This document shows positions 20,701 to 31,190 of a stretch of DNA of 64,000 nucleotides, piece after piece. The stretch is from assembly GCA_000004985.1 (NCBI GenBank), contig GG738876.1; one strand, written 5' to 3'. Both the position numbers and the translations under genes were made by a program. The stretch comes from Naegleria gruberi. Taxonomy: Eukaryota. The notes beneath the pieces are model-generated. The model worked only from the letters and a program-made list of their open reading frames with translations, had not been told where the DNA came from and searched no databases. Positions within the stretch are counted from its first letter, which is position 1. Each line of letters starts with the position of its first letter.

Positions 20701-21788
20701 AAATTCCTCAACACAAAGCCACTAAAAGCTTTCCCAATTCCTCACCAAGACAACAAGGAAGTTCATCAGGTGAAAGTAACTCACCCAGACCAAAATTAAT
20801 CCCAGCAAAGAAGAAGAAGGATAAATCAAGCCCAACAAGCTCACCATTTGGGAGTTCAAAAAAAAGTGTAAAGAGTAATGAAGCATCTCCTGTTATAACA
20901 AGCTCACCAACAGTAGTAGCTAATTCCCTCTCTCAGAAGATGGAGCTCTTTATCAAACCAAGCAGAAAAAAGAGAACGTACATTTCCTTCTTCCCAAAGG
21001 AACTTTGCTCCAGCCCATACAAGTATGACATTTTGTTGAGAATTCCTTTGAATTTTACCAATCAATTCAATGAAAGTCATTTCACTTTCCACTTGATGAT
21101 TCAAGGTTCAGATAGACAATGGATGGCCGTGCCTGAACAGGCTGTTGAAATTGTAAAGTATTTGAGAACCATGTTCCCACTTAATTTTAGAGAAATTGAA
21201 TGGAGACTCATGTATAAGGTTTGCTCATTCCACTATGGAAGAAAACCTTTTAAACTCAGAGTTATTTACAATACCAATCTCAATCCAGAAAGTGCTGTTC
21301 CAGTTCCTGAGAACTTTGCTACAAATAGTGAAGGAAAGGCAACCCTTTCAGATAATTCTATAGTTTATGAATCTGAAGAATTTTATATTGTTGCTAGAAA
21401 GAAGAAGGAAAATGATTATTTCCATAATGATCTTTCTAATGGTGATGATATTTCATCTGTTACAGACCAATCTCCACTCACTCTTGACCAATCTCTTAAT
21501 GGTGATGGTCTTTCACCAACATCTCCAGATTCTCCTGATTGTGGACCTAATAGTGTTTTCCCACGTAGTTCATCTCCACCACAACCTTATTCCTACATTC
21601 CTCCAAATGACAACTTTTCACAATTCCCATCCTCCTTGGTAGGTCAAAATTCAGGCAATCAAATGCCACTTCCTCCCCAAAACCTAATTAATCCAATGAG
21701 TCATAATATGATTCCTCAAACAATTTTGTCTCACCAACAAACTCCTCAACCACCTCGACCAGTTACACAAAGTTTTAATAAACAATAA
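17706..21788 (+). CDS. Large N/Q/S/T-rich low-complexity protein with ankyrin repeats, 1360 aa
   Basis: Ankyrin-like block (GFSLLHIAAMNGFDLAIEFF ... SPYHWSCFSGRVSTSKLLISKGAS), followed by a Ser/Pro-rich basic region and a conserved C-terminal domain. ATG 17706. Confidence 0.6.
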   Translation: MNISNNSIPNSSSNNINIMNNNTIITDTSNSNSSNNGINNFTMETSMNQQGSTTMVGIVDNSFYSKPSPSSSTTTTRESTSANNIHPSSFIHHQQQQGFAQQHNSQNNNSRMESISSSNAFSTYNQQSSHHNVLPSLPSLSQMTTSSPNQIYPQNTNNSNLGNSAVYPNNNPYLLGNSMANNNTMMSPSMVSNDSNNREHLPPPPPSDFSYSSKQQPMFNQNPPTNNGNIQMMHSQMNQQHVRLSNMPQNYNQQQRAQNEDNLPSLQQFGLLFSQSLNIYPSSSNAQFQQNSKPPTTEKPIHQVYNDNRQPKVAMSLNTNKAKPLSVAPQNNQQVHTSSILNQLHQSQDQNNSMKNRSSKLISPQSYMGPYPNNPPTSFVNQPKYSNQRPVVLPQEESRNISPTEKSSMIVLPSNMVVCEGLLKLISHRIMETMLAFDEKTMKNEETKLRLQDEWNKLVNEYFINGRRLEGMTQVLHTLFGMLTSEPDIEIIKEGISPNFNKKGDHMLSIKFRANLRIVRLKICIFFLLFKLSVGTCFQPENGMEEFLETNSLVVDEKLFSAMTWEQFILEMDAIESKLRFKIDMITHEDNENSMEDAYPYQLNVKNNTMNSLVLESVSEEKLQASFNQLLIDRSNIERFKQSSSRSNTFRLRLSIQMSNYLTITKFSNNVLSIDNNYGLIESRSISTMFPLHIERAERKNKVVVLEFNRDFFVTPTRDKSDIDFIVELTKGDERKRVSIKNIYIDKIIVEYISGAQYVTVTRGQDVLCENLEIVTVRIHNNLKKLTIGTPKSIESDSPFSSNSTTPSPLCEESPSRSTKRALSNEDESSNAASSTTSPTGPKRVKSNHSQNMGLANIQQYVKGLRDKCGFSLLHIAAMNGFDLAIEFFNETISMPIDMTDNYQYSPYHWSCFSGRVSTSKLLISKGASTTRRNVHSATGIQIAEAKKHKTLITELEQELAQHACSVLSDLYSNLSESDIPFTSQNRSSGFDHLPHNLKIPQHKATKSFPNSSPRQQGSSSGESNSPRPKLIPAKKKKDKSSPTSSPFGSSKKSVKSNEASPVITSSPTVVANSLSQKMELFIKPSRKKRTYISFFPKELCSSPYKYDILLRIPLNFTNQFNESHFTFHLMIQGSDRQWMAVPEQAVEIVKYLRTMFPLNFREIEWRLMYKVCSFHYGRKPFKLRVIYNTNLNPESAVPVPENFATNSEGKATLSDNSIVYESEEFYIVARKKKENDYFHNDLSNGDDISSVTDQSPLTLDQSLNGDGLSPTSPDSPDCGPNSVFPRSSSPPQPYSYIPPNDNFSQFPSSLVGQNSGNQMPLPPQNLINPMSHNMIPQTILSHQQTPQPPRPVTQSFNKQ

Positions 21789-21841
21789 AAAACAACGCCA
21801 CATTTTCCCGCCAAAATTGAATTCAAAACCACTACAAAAAA

Positions 21842-22507
21842 ATGACTGAACAAGCAACAAAACAAACCCGTTTCAATGAGGTTGAAGAACATTTTGAGGA
21901 TGGAGATGAGAATGAAGAGGGATTGAAGGAAGGTGATTTGGAACACTTGGATAAATTCAGTGATCAAGTATCTTTCATGACAGGGTCAACAGGAAAATCC
22001 TCTTTCAATATGAACAAGTTTTTCATCAGCCCGATTGAACAGAGAGAATTGAGCATGGCTCGGGCTAAAATTCAAAGGTTTGATGAGAGAATTGGTACTG
22101 AATATCAAAAGATTCAAGACCTTAAAAATCAAATTGTTCAAATAACTCAACAAATAGCAGAGAGCCAAGCTCATACTGCTTATCTTCAACTTGATGAGGA
22201 GGCCCTCAAACTTGAATTCATTCAAGCCAAACTAATTTATGAAATGGAATGTAGAAAAAAGCAAATGCAAGAAAGAGAAATGAAGAATTTGAGAAAAGTG
22301 AGAGAGGCTAAGGAAAATGAATTCTTAAGGAAAGGTTGGCGATTACAAAAAGCAGAAGCAATCAGAAGAAAACAAGAAACCAAAACTACTGACATTGTTT
22401 CTCAAGTGTCACGAATCCAAAGTACAGTCGAAGAACTCACGGAAGATGTACATCACTATAAGGCTTTAGATAAGAAACTCAAATCTTCTATTCAAAACAA
22501 CTTTTAA
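21842..22507 (+). CDS. Small coiled-coil protein, 221 aa
   Basis: ATG at 21842; heptad-rich sequence throughout. Confidence 0.5.
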   Translation: MTEQATKQTRFNEVEEHFEDGDENEEGLKEGDLEHLDKFSDQVSFMTGSTGKSSFNMNKFFISPIEQRELSMARAKIQRFDERIGTEYQKIQDLKNQIVQITQQIAESQAHTAYLQLDEEALKLEFIQAKLIYEMECRKKQMQEREMKNLRKVREAKENEFLRKGWRLQKAEAIRRKQETKTTDIVSQVSRIQSTVEELTEDVHHYKALDKKLKSSIQNNF

Positions 22508-22774
22508 ATGTGTCACAGGTTCACAAAATAGAAGAGTATTTGAAATATGTTGACAAGATAAGATTATTGAAGCTCGGAGAATGGCACAAAGGGTTGATTG
22601 ATCCCTTTACTGTAACAACAAACTAAAGTTCCTAATAAGTGAGATTGAAAAACTACAGTAATTTCAAGAGAGAAAAACAAAAGATTTTTCAAAATAAAAT
22701 ACAACGACTTTGTCCACCGGTAAATTGAATATTAAGGTCGGATCGTAATTTCTATCAACATCAGCAACAACACC

Positions 22775-25378
22775 ATGTCGCTCAACTTGGATACCTCCCA
22801 ATTATCGGAGCTAGAAAGTTATCAACCTCCTCACTCACCAATGAGGAAGAAGCAACAAATTCTTGAGAAGAGTAAAAAGGGACATGAACGATGTGTTGAT
22901 CGTTTACAGCGTAAAATAATTTGTGATAAAATTGCCAATGAGGAAGCTAAAAAACAAGAACTACAAGAAAAGGCAAGGAAATTAAAAGAATGGAATAATT
23001 TAATGGAGACAGTCAAGTCCTATCAAATTCCTCTAATTGCCTCAATATCTACAAGTGCCGATGATGACACTCCATTTCCATTGTCACCAACAAAAAAAGT
23101 ATTGGCCAATGACAGTCTTCTATCTGCCCTTGAAAAGGAGGCTTATCAAAACGCTAGAGACGATAAAAAGGCTGAACTCGCAAAATTAGCAAATTTAGAG
23201 TAAGTTATTAATACCACTACCTGTCAGTTCATATTCTTGATTTATTTAATCGTCCTTATATTGATATTTATAGAGCCAAGGAGAGATGCACAACAAGAAA
23301 GAGATGGTATGAAGGAAAGACATCTTTCGAAAGCTTTAACAAATTGCTAAAATTCCAAAATGAAAGACGAAATGCTTACAATGAAGGACGATTTAAGATA
23401 ATGACATTGGATGAGGAATTCGATGAATTTGAGGACAATTTAGCAAAAAGCCAGCACCAAGTGGGTTTGAATCAATCAATTATTTCAGAAAAGACATCAA
23501 CAGGAACTGTTGTGGAAGATATTCAACCTCAAAAACAACCTTTAACACCTTTGGAAATTTCATCAGGAAGTATCGGAAATGTTAGAGGTGTTATCACACC
23601 AAAAGTATCATGTAAGTAATGGTTGATTTTCATTTTGTAACATTTCGGAAGTGGTTAAAAAGAGACTTGATTTTGTTGTTCAATATTTGGATAAGGAGGA
23701 GTTAGTAAGCACCCAAGAAATAAGGAAGATGGTTTATTTGATTTGTAGAAATGTGATAGAGAATCAAGAAGATTTACACAGAAAGAGAGTTAGGGTGTAC
23801 ATTTCCAAGGAGATGGATCAAATTGTTAAAAGAGTAATTTTTGCATGCAATACTAGACAAGCAATTCAAGGCTTCGTTCGCAATATTTGTGATGCAGTAA
23901 TTAGAAATCAAAATGAAATTGAAAGAAAAAAGAGGAATGCTAAGTTTATTTCCCAAGAGGTGGATCAAATTTTGAAGAGCATAATCCATTACAATGAGAC
24001 AAGACAAGAAATTGAGAGAGTGGTTTCTCTCACACTTAAAAATGTTATTGCAACACAAATTGATAAGCAAAATAGGGAATATGTTTCAAGGCAAGTTCAA
24101 TCAATTTTGGACAGAGTCATCCTTCACCAAACAACAAAGCAACAAATTGAAAAAACAGCTTTTGAAATTTGTCAAAACGTTCTTCACACCCAAGAAACAA
24201 GACAATATATTGAAAGAGTAGTCAGCAATGTATTTGAAAATGTTGTTAATCATCAAAATACTCTGTGCATCAAGAATGAAGTTGACCAAATATTTTCAAA
24301 TGTAATTCATACTCAAGAAACTAAACAAAATATTGAAAAGACAGTAGAAGAGATTTTGATGAAAGTAGTTGTCACTCAGGGAACAATACTGGAAGAAAAG
24401 AAGATACGATTGTTTATTGAAAAGGAAGTGACTCAAATTCTTAAAACCGTAGTTCAAACTCAAACAATCAACTCATTAGTCTCCAATATTATCTATAATG
24501 TAATAAGAACTCAAGAAGACAAACAAGATATTGAAATAGTGACCAGAGACATTATTTTCAATGTTATTAATCACCAAAATACCAAATTACAACAAGAAAG
24601 AAACCAAGCTGAAATATCAAAGGTGGTAGAGTCAATTGTATCCAATGTCATTCAATTCCAAGAGACAAAGAAATCCATTGAAACTTACGTCTCTCAAATT
24701 ATTGAAAATGTTATTTACTCTCAAAGCAACAAGCTCGAAGTTCAAAAAGTTGTTTGTGACATTATTCAAAATGTAATTTCACACCAAGTCAAAAAGAAAG
24801 ATTGCTTACTTATTTCTGCAGAAGTCAATTCTATAATTCAAAGAGTTATAGATTTCCAATTGTTTAAAAAAGAGGAAAATGTTGATTCTCCATTGAATTC
24901 AGAAAAGACAAGTGAAGGTGAAGCAGAAGTAGAAACAAGAGTTATTATTGAGCAAGAAGTTGAAAGAATTTTCAAGAATGTAATCTCCAACTGGGAGTAC
25001 CATAACAAGATTGCTAAAGATGAAAGCAACAAATTAATAATTCAGAAAGAAGTTGAAGAAATTGTAAAGATTGTAATTTCAAAATGGCAAACTGAAAGTA
25101 TGGAAATCAAACAGAAAACAATCGAGACCGAAGAAATTCAACAAGAATCTCAAGTTATTATCAAGCAATTTGTTGAGGAAGCGCTTGGAAATGTTGTGAA
25201 CCTCCAAAACTCTCTTTTTATCAAAAATGAAGTAGAGTCTATAATTTTAAGAGTTATTGGAAATTGGAAAGATGAAATCTTGTCAAATGACCAAAGTATC
25301 AAAACTTGCACTGTTGAACAAGTAATTTCTCAAGAAGTTCAAAAAATCATTCAAAATGTCATTTCAAGAAACCAATAA
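22775..25378 (+). CDS. Three-exon gene for a novel tandem-repeat protein: join(22775..23199, 23274..23611, 23652..25378). About 830 aa, with a C-terminal array of ~29-residue repeats.
   Basis: Exon 1 ends at a GTAAGT donor (23200) overlapping the in-frame TAA. A 74-nt intron ends ...tatttatag at 23273. Exon 2 restores the frame of track ORF 23344..23619 (TTG-started) and ends at a second GTAAGT (23612). A 40-nt intron ends ...ttcggaag at 23651. Exon 3 is track ORF 23651..25378 (GTG-started), made of repeats of the form [IV]xNQ..K..IE..V..I..NVI.TQET. Confidence 0.6.
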
Positions 25379-25534
25379 TAAATGTATTTACAATTTTATA
25401 AGAGATTATCCTTGGCATTCCAAAAGGTTACAATTCCAATAAACTGTGTTTGCATTGGACTTTTAAATTTTTAAACCACTAAGTACAACAAATATTGTAA
25501 TTTATTCTTCTTCATAAAAGTTTTTGATTAAAAA

Positions 25535-27862
25535 ATGAATCCACTAGAAAGTGAATTACTCTCCAAAGCGATTGAATGCCTTCGGAGCAAGGTAATCACG
25601 TTAAACAATGAGGAATTTATCAAATGTTTAGAGAATACAGCTGAAGTTGTTGCTGATTATCAAATATTTGCAAAGACGAAACAAGAGTTAAATAATTTTG
25701 ATATTATATTTTCTATCAAGGACGATGATGATACTATTTGGAAAAAATTAATTAAATTCATGATGGCTTTTCATTTGACTTTAACTGTGAATAATATTGA
25801 TAACTTTTTGGAAGTGGAAGAAGCATTAAAAATTGTTGAAAAGTATTTGAAAATTCAAGATATGGATATGGTTTCTAATGAGATGATTTGTGTAGCTAAC
25901 TTGCTGATGTGGGTATTAGGGGATTTGAAAGACAAATCTTTGCAAGTTTCTAAGGGTGGATACTGTGAAAAATTCATTCAATTAGTGTTGGACTATTTCA
26001 AATATATTCACCACCAAATGAGAAAATCCAACCAAAATAATCAAGAATGGAAGCCAAGAGAAGATATTATAGAGTTATTCGCAGGAATTTATGAAAATTT
26101 ACCATTCAATCAATGGTATTGGCATGAATGGGATCATACAAAAGAATTAGGATTTGAATTTTTGGAACTTGTATATGAACTTGGAGAATATCCTCTATTT
26201 TCTGATAGTGACAATAGAATGCATCACTTATGCACATTTCTTGGCGAGGAAGCCATTAAAAAATTGGAATTATTAACTAATCGAGATGTAAAACAGATTG
26301 AGAATTTGAAACCAACAGATATTGTTCCTTTGGGAGAGATTTCACAGGGAACACCTGTTTGGAAGATTATCTTGAAAATAGCAAATGCAGTATTTGTTAT
26401 CTCATCAAAGCCACTCTTATCACCATCTATTCTTTTTGGATCCCAATATATCCAGTTATTTTTTGATACATTGAAAGTTTGTCCAGCTGAAATTGAGGAA
26501 ACTAAACTGGCGATTCATTTAATTGATGCATTAATCAGAATTTCAACAGTTATTACTCCAAGCCGTATGGACGATGAAGTGGAAGAGGAACATTTTACGA
26601 GATTGGAAGAGTCAAAAATTATTGCAACATTTATTGATTTCTATCATCTTGCACAAATCTCTTTGAAGGAACCAATTGTTAAAGCCATAACTATTTTAGT
26701 GCGTAAAATGCGTTCAATACGTGCCGATAATTTGGAGAAAACCTTAAATATATGTATTAACGAAGAAAAGATAACAAAAATGGATGAGCTACTTCTAGTC
26801 TGCTTTTCCATGTACGACTCTGATATAGCGAATCGGACAATACTGTCTAAACATATACACAAAATGATAGATAAGATTTTTGAATTTACTGTGACAGATA
26901 GAAATTTTTTTTACCAGTTTACCAAGTTTGATTTATTCAGAAATGCTGTAGATGACCCCTTATATGATCCATTCTTTAATCTGGACACAGAACGAATTAT
27001 TTCACAAATGAAAGGCACATTCAAAGATATGAGATCACTTGATAATTCACAATATTTGACAATCATGCGATGGTATAGTGGATTGATAGTAGCACTAAAA
27101 GTTGATCCCAAACACTTTGTTCAGGAGGTTTATGATGAATATTTCTACCTTGTGGAAAATCTACCGAAATATCTAATGTACCAAACTATACCGACTGAAA
27201 TATTCAGAGTAGTGCTTGGGCTCTGTATGGGCAATAGAGAATTTACTGAAAAAGTTAGCCATATAATATTTGAATTATTCTTTGATACTAACAAGATCGG
27301 AAAGGAGGAAATAGTACCCCTTATTGAATATTTACTAGTTAATGAGATTCTAACAAAACCAAATACACCAATTATCAAAAAAATCGAACAGAGAATTCCA
27401 CTTTTTATTAAGGAAATACGAGAAGGCAAAATATCATATTTAGTATTGCTCTGTATTGTTTATCCATACTTTCCAAACAAGATTTTTGACCTATTTAATG
27501 ATGTTTTTTTCTTACAGGCTATGATTTCATTCATTGACGAGTTTATAGATGATGAAGGAAAGATGAGCGTATTAAGAATTATCACAACCTCATTATTCCA
27601 AATTATGGAAGAATTGCTTGACCAAGAGAAGTATAAAGTCAGTGTGTTTAGTCCACCCGAAATGTTATACTCAATTGAGGAGTTCCTCACTCAGAGTGGT
27701 AATATAATAATTGACTGTCATAACAACCGAGTACGTCAGAAGTTAGAAATAGCAAAAGTGGAGCTTGTTGGCATGTATTCTGTCAACAGTGAAGAAGATG
27801 AAGAAGATGAAGAATATGACTATGATGACGAAGACGATGAAGAAGGTGAAGAAGATGATTAG
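25535..27862 (+). CDS. Large helical (ARM/HEAT-like?) protein with poly-acidic C-terminal tail, 775 aa, unknown function
   Basis: ATG 25535 in the context aaaaaATG. C-terminus EEDEEDEEYDYDDEDDEEGEEDD. Confidence 0.55.
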   Translation: MNPLESELLSKAIECLRSKVITLNNEEFIKCLENTAEVVADYQIFAKTKQELNNFDIIFSIKDDDDTIWKKLIKFMMAFHLTLTVNNIDNFLEVEEALKIVEKYLKIQDMDMVSNEMICVANLLMWVLGDLKDKSLQVSKGGYCEKFIQLVLDYFKYIHHQMRKSNQNNQEWKPREDIIELFAGIYENLPFNQWYWHEWDHTKELGFEFLELVYELGEYPLFSDSDNRMHHLCTFLGEEAIKKLELLTNRDVKQIENLKPTDIVPLGEISQGTPVWKIILKIANAVFVISSKPLLSPSILFGSQYIQLFFDTLKVCPAEIEETKLAIHLIDALIRISTVITPSRMDDEVEEEHFTRLEESKIIATFIDFYHLAQISLKEPIVKAITILVRKMRSIRADNLEKTLNICINEEKITKMDELLLVCFSMYDSDIANRTILSKHIHKMIDKIFEFTVTDRNFFYQFTKFDLFRNAVDDPLYDPFFNLDTERIISQMKGTFKDMRSLDNSQYLTIMRWYSGLIVALKVDPKHFVQEVYDEYFYLVENLPKYLMYQTIPTEIFRVVLGLCMGNREFTEKVSHIIFELFFDTNKIGKEEIVPLIEYLLVNEILTKPNTPIIKKIEQRIPLFIKEIREGKISYLVLLCIVYPYFPNKIFDLFNDVFFLQAMISFIDEFIDDEGKMSVLRIITTSLFQIMEELLDQEKYKVSVFSPPEMLYSIEEFLTQSGNIIIDCHNNRVRQKLEIAKVELVGMYSVNSEEDEEDEEYDYDDEDDEEGEEDD

Positions 27863-28124
27863 AAAGCCAATTTTGGCTAAAGTTTCCGTTTCAATTTCAA
27901 TTAAATTCAAAAGGTTTCAAACAGAACATTGTCTTCAATAGACTGATTCAATCGTTTACAATGTTTGCAAATGATTTCAAAAATTCAAACCGATCTTAGA
28001 AATATCGACATTCTTCTGTTCAATTGAAAAGGTAATTTTAACGACAGGTCAATAAATCTATCACTAGCATATGTTTTATTGAATATTAGTGATGTTCTTG
28101 ACTGAAAAACAATCAACCCAAGGG

Positions 28125-28234
28125 TTGAAAAGGAGCTTACCAAAACGATAAAAAGGCTGAACTCTTTTCATGAAATCAATAAATTTATTTACAATTTTAT
28201 AAGATATTATCCTTGGCATTCCAAAAGGTTACAA
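28125..28234. repeat. Composite duplicated segment: a copy of 23131..23179 (end of exon 1 of the repeat-protein gene, with a 9-nt in-frame deletion) fused to a copy of 25352..25433 (last CDS codons plus 3' flank of the same gene).
   Basis: Direct matches: gaaaaggag(g)cttayCaaaacg + ataaaaaggctgaactc; then tcat..gaaa.caataa..at.tatttacaattttataaga[g/t]attatccttggcattccaaaaggttacaa (57 bp with 2 mismatches between 25377..25433 and 28178..28234). Confidence 0.6.
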
Positions 28235-29942
28235 GATTCTGTCTTGTTTGATCAAAGTCAATGACTCTTCTCATTGTCTTGATTTCTTGCCCAACAATCA
28301 TGTAGGCAACTGGAAGTTCTAAATTCTCGCAGGCAATCAGTAATTGTTCATTATTGCAATTAATGACATAATTCTCTGTGATTCCCACTAATTTACAAAA
28401 TTCGTCTCTGCACTTTCCAAAATACTGCTTCACTCCAGTCTTGAAAGTTCTCTTCTCTTCCAATTTCCATCTGACTGTAATGTCCAAGAATTTAATCTTC
28501 TTAATCTTGGCATTTTCAACTAGAGTTGCAAGTTTTGCAAAGTTTTCATCATCTTTAATTTTGATTGCCTTGATCCTTTCTTCGTAGTCTTTGACATCTT
28601 CCTCTGGAGCACAATTTTCAACATAGATTTTCAGTAAAGTTTCAACGGCTCTGTTTGGAGCTGAAGATTGGCTCAACTTCTTTCTGCACAAAGGACAGGA
28701 CTTATTCTTGGCCAACCAATCATGCAGACATTTTCTGCAAAAGTTGTGCCCACATTCCAAGACAGTTGGTTCATACATTAAATTACAACAAATTGTGCAG
28801 CTGAATTCATTACAACAATCTTGAGCGAATTTGTTGAACTTTTCTTCCTTCAGCTTCTTTGAACCTGATTCAAAGTCAACTGATTCTTCTTTCTCTTCTC
28901 TCACCCTCTTGCCGGTTAATGGCTGTGGTTGGGTAGATTTTGGAGTGACTACAACTGGTGGCTCTGTAAACTCTTCATCAACCTTGAGATTAATTGCTGA
29001 TTTGGTTGGGTTCAAGTTTTTTGGAATGAATTGATTTTGGAGCATTTCAAATTTGTACATGAATGCATTCTTGACATTTCCAATCAGGGCACATTTCCAT
29101 TCTTGCTCAGTTGAGAAATCACTTCTTCTCTTTCCATTCTCAAGAATTATATAATCTCCAACCAAAGCTTTCACTCCTCCCGTAATAATTATCAAATCAC
29201 CATGTTTCAAATCAGTATCCTTGCCAATCTTTTTACCATTCAATAAAGTTCCATTGGTGCTTCCCAAATCTGAAATCAAAAAGGTGTAATCATTCATCTT
29301 GACAATATCTGCATGGTTTCTTGAAACAAATTTTGATAAAGTATTCGACACAATCTTGACATGGCTGTTCAAACCTCTTCCAATATTAATTTTGGTGTCA
29401 GAAAGGAGAAATTCAGGTGGAGCATCACTACATGCTTCACCAACAAGTCTCAATCTTCCCCAACAAGGACCCTTTGGTGCTATTGTTGATGATGCAGAAA
29501 TACAATTATTGGAAACTGAACTTGTCTTGCTCACAGTAGTGGATTGGTTTGCTTTCTGTTGCATATTTGCAAACTTTGGAGGTGGCATGCTTGTAAATGG
29601 AGATATCAATGTTGTAGAGGAACCATTCACACTCGTATTATACTGAAATCCCTGATTGAACATATTCATAATCATTGGTGGTGGTGGGGGAGGAAGAGAA
29701 TTCCTCATCAAATTGCCAGATATGTTTTTATTACCTTGCTGCATGTTAGTAGTACTACTTGTAGGAGTAGTGGAAATGATCAAGTTTGGAGTGGTAAATT
29801 CTTCCATGCTATTCATTTCCTCAAATAATCCCTTTGGAATGGTTGAGGAGGATGAGGAGGCTGGCGAGCAATTGGAATTTCTGTTCATCATTAGAGAATT
29901 AACGGTTGTGGTGCTTGAAGTGGTGGTAGTGGTGGTGGACAT
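28197..29942 (-). CDS. DMA1: FHA-RING E3 ubiquitin ligase (Dma1/Dma2 / CHFR family), 581 aa
   Basis: FHA domain (NIGRGLNSHVKIVSN..SRNHADIV...LISDLGSTNGTLLNGKKI) followed by a C3HC4 RING (CTICCNLMYEPTVLECGHNFCRKCLHDWLAKNKSCPLCR). ATG 29942-29940; TAA 28199-28197. Confidence 0.85.
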   Translation of the reverse strand: MSTTTTTTSSTTTVNSLMMNRNSNCSPASSSSSTIPKGLFEEMNSMEEFTTPNLIISTTPTSSTTNMQQGNKNISGNLMRNSLPPPPPPMIMNMFNQGFQYNTSVNGSSTTLISPFTSMPPPKFANMQQKANQSTTVSKTSSVSNNCISASSTIAPKGPCWGRLRLVGEACSDAPPEFLLSDTKINIGRGLNSHVKIVSNTLSKFVSRNHADIVKMNDYTFLISDLGSTNGTLLNGKKIGKDTDLKHGDLIIITGGVKALVGDYIILENGKRRSDFSTEQEWKCALIGNVKNAFMYKFEMLQNQFIPKNLNPTKSAINLKVDEEFTEPPVVVTPKSTQPQPLTGKRVREEKEESVDFESGSKKLKEEKFNKFAQDCCNEFSCTICCNLMYEPTVLECGHNFCRKCLHDWLAKNKSCPLCRKKLSQSSAPNRAVETLLKIYVENCAPEEDVKDYEERIKAIKIKDDENFAKLATLVENAKIKKIKFLDITVRWKLEEKRTFKTGVKQYFGKCRDEFCKLVGITENYVINCNNEQLLIACENLELPVAYMIVGQEIKTMRRVIDFDQTRQNLVTFWNAKDNIL

Positions 29943-30663
29943 GATTTTTTTGTGATGTTTTTTTGAGGAGAGTGGAAAGCCTTGTTTTTAAATGTTATTT
30001 TCCAACACAAGAAAGTTTGATTCGTTTAACCGTCCCATTTTTATGGTAAATATAGATTTTTGACGGTCACTTGCAGGGTGGGAACAAGAATTTTTGCTTG
30101 CTCAAAATTACGAACTTGTCAACAAAATATTTTACAATTCTTCTTTGGTTGATGATTATTGGATGAGAACGAATGTTTTGGAATTGGATTGTACTTCAAC
30201 CAATCAGCAAACATTGGAATTGTAAAATAGATTGCCAAATTAGTTTGTCTAATACCAATAAAGACTTTATGTTTCATCCAATCATCTTTAAGGGGTTTGA
30301 AAGAAATCACAAACACTTTCGATGAGCAGCAAATGATCCAAATTCTTTAAATATTCACTTTTTGGAATCCAATGAGGACTGAAAGATGTCATTGACTCAA
30401 AATCGATTCTCCAATCCTTGCAGAAAAGCTTCTTCTTGGTGAAGCATGCAGTCAATCCATGAAATTATTCACCGATCAATAGATTAATGTGAACTTGAAA
30501 TCAGAAAGCAGATGTAGTACAACATATCATTTCATAACCTATCAAAATCAAAAGCAATCTCACTATCCTCTTAAATACTTCCTCTTCTCCAATTTACTGA
30601 CCTTTCAATACACTGTCCTTAACCAAAGCGAATGTCAAGTACATATTTAGTTATTGATTATAA

Positions 30664-30737
30664 GCGCCGTTAGATCAGTTGGTTAGATCGTCAGCTTTAC
30701 ACGCTGAAGGTCAAGGGTTCGACTCCCTTACGGCGTA
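30664..30737 (+). tRNA. tRNA-Val (anticodon UAC), 74 nt, no intron
   Basis: Cloverleaf read by hand. Acceptor GCGCCGU/ACGGCGU with a G1-U72 wobble. D-arm GAUC-AGUUGGUUA-GAUC. Anticodon stem UCAGC/GCUGA with loop UUUACAC. Variable loop AGGUC. T-arm AAGGG-UUCGACU-CCCUU. Discriminator A. Confidence 0.85.
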
Positions 30738-31190
30738 ACTTTTTTACTGGTTTAAATCTATCCAAGTAATATCATTATTATTTTATGGTCCTTTTCCATG
30801 TATTCTTTTTTAATGTCAACCTATGAACATCTAGTAATTAAAAATCGGATTTCAACAATTAATTTATTGGTTGGCGATTTTGTTGAACCTAATTTTTTTT
30901 TAACCGTGCACCAACAAGAGCCAAAACCAGAGATTCATATCAGAAAACAAATAAATTCAAATTTTCACTCCAAACTAAACTTGCACTGAAACACAACTAT
31001 CATCCACTCTGTGTCACTCTCACGTGTACCCAAACATACAGTTCAAAGAAAATGATTTTTTATAGCTGTCTTTTTGTAAAACGCATTCATTTTCGTTTTG
31101 AAAAAAATATTTTCTCACGCTATCCTCTCGGTTTTTCACAACAAGCCTCTTTAAAAAACCAAAAAGTTTTTCAACAGCAACAACAACAAC

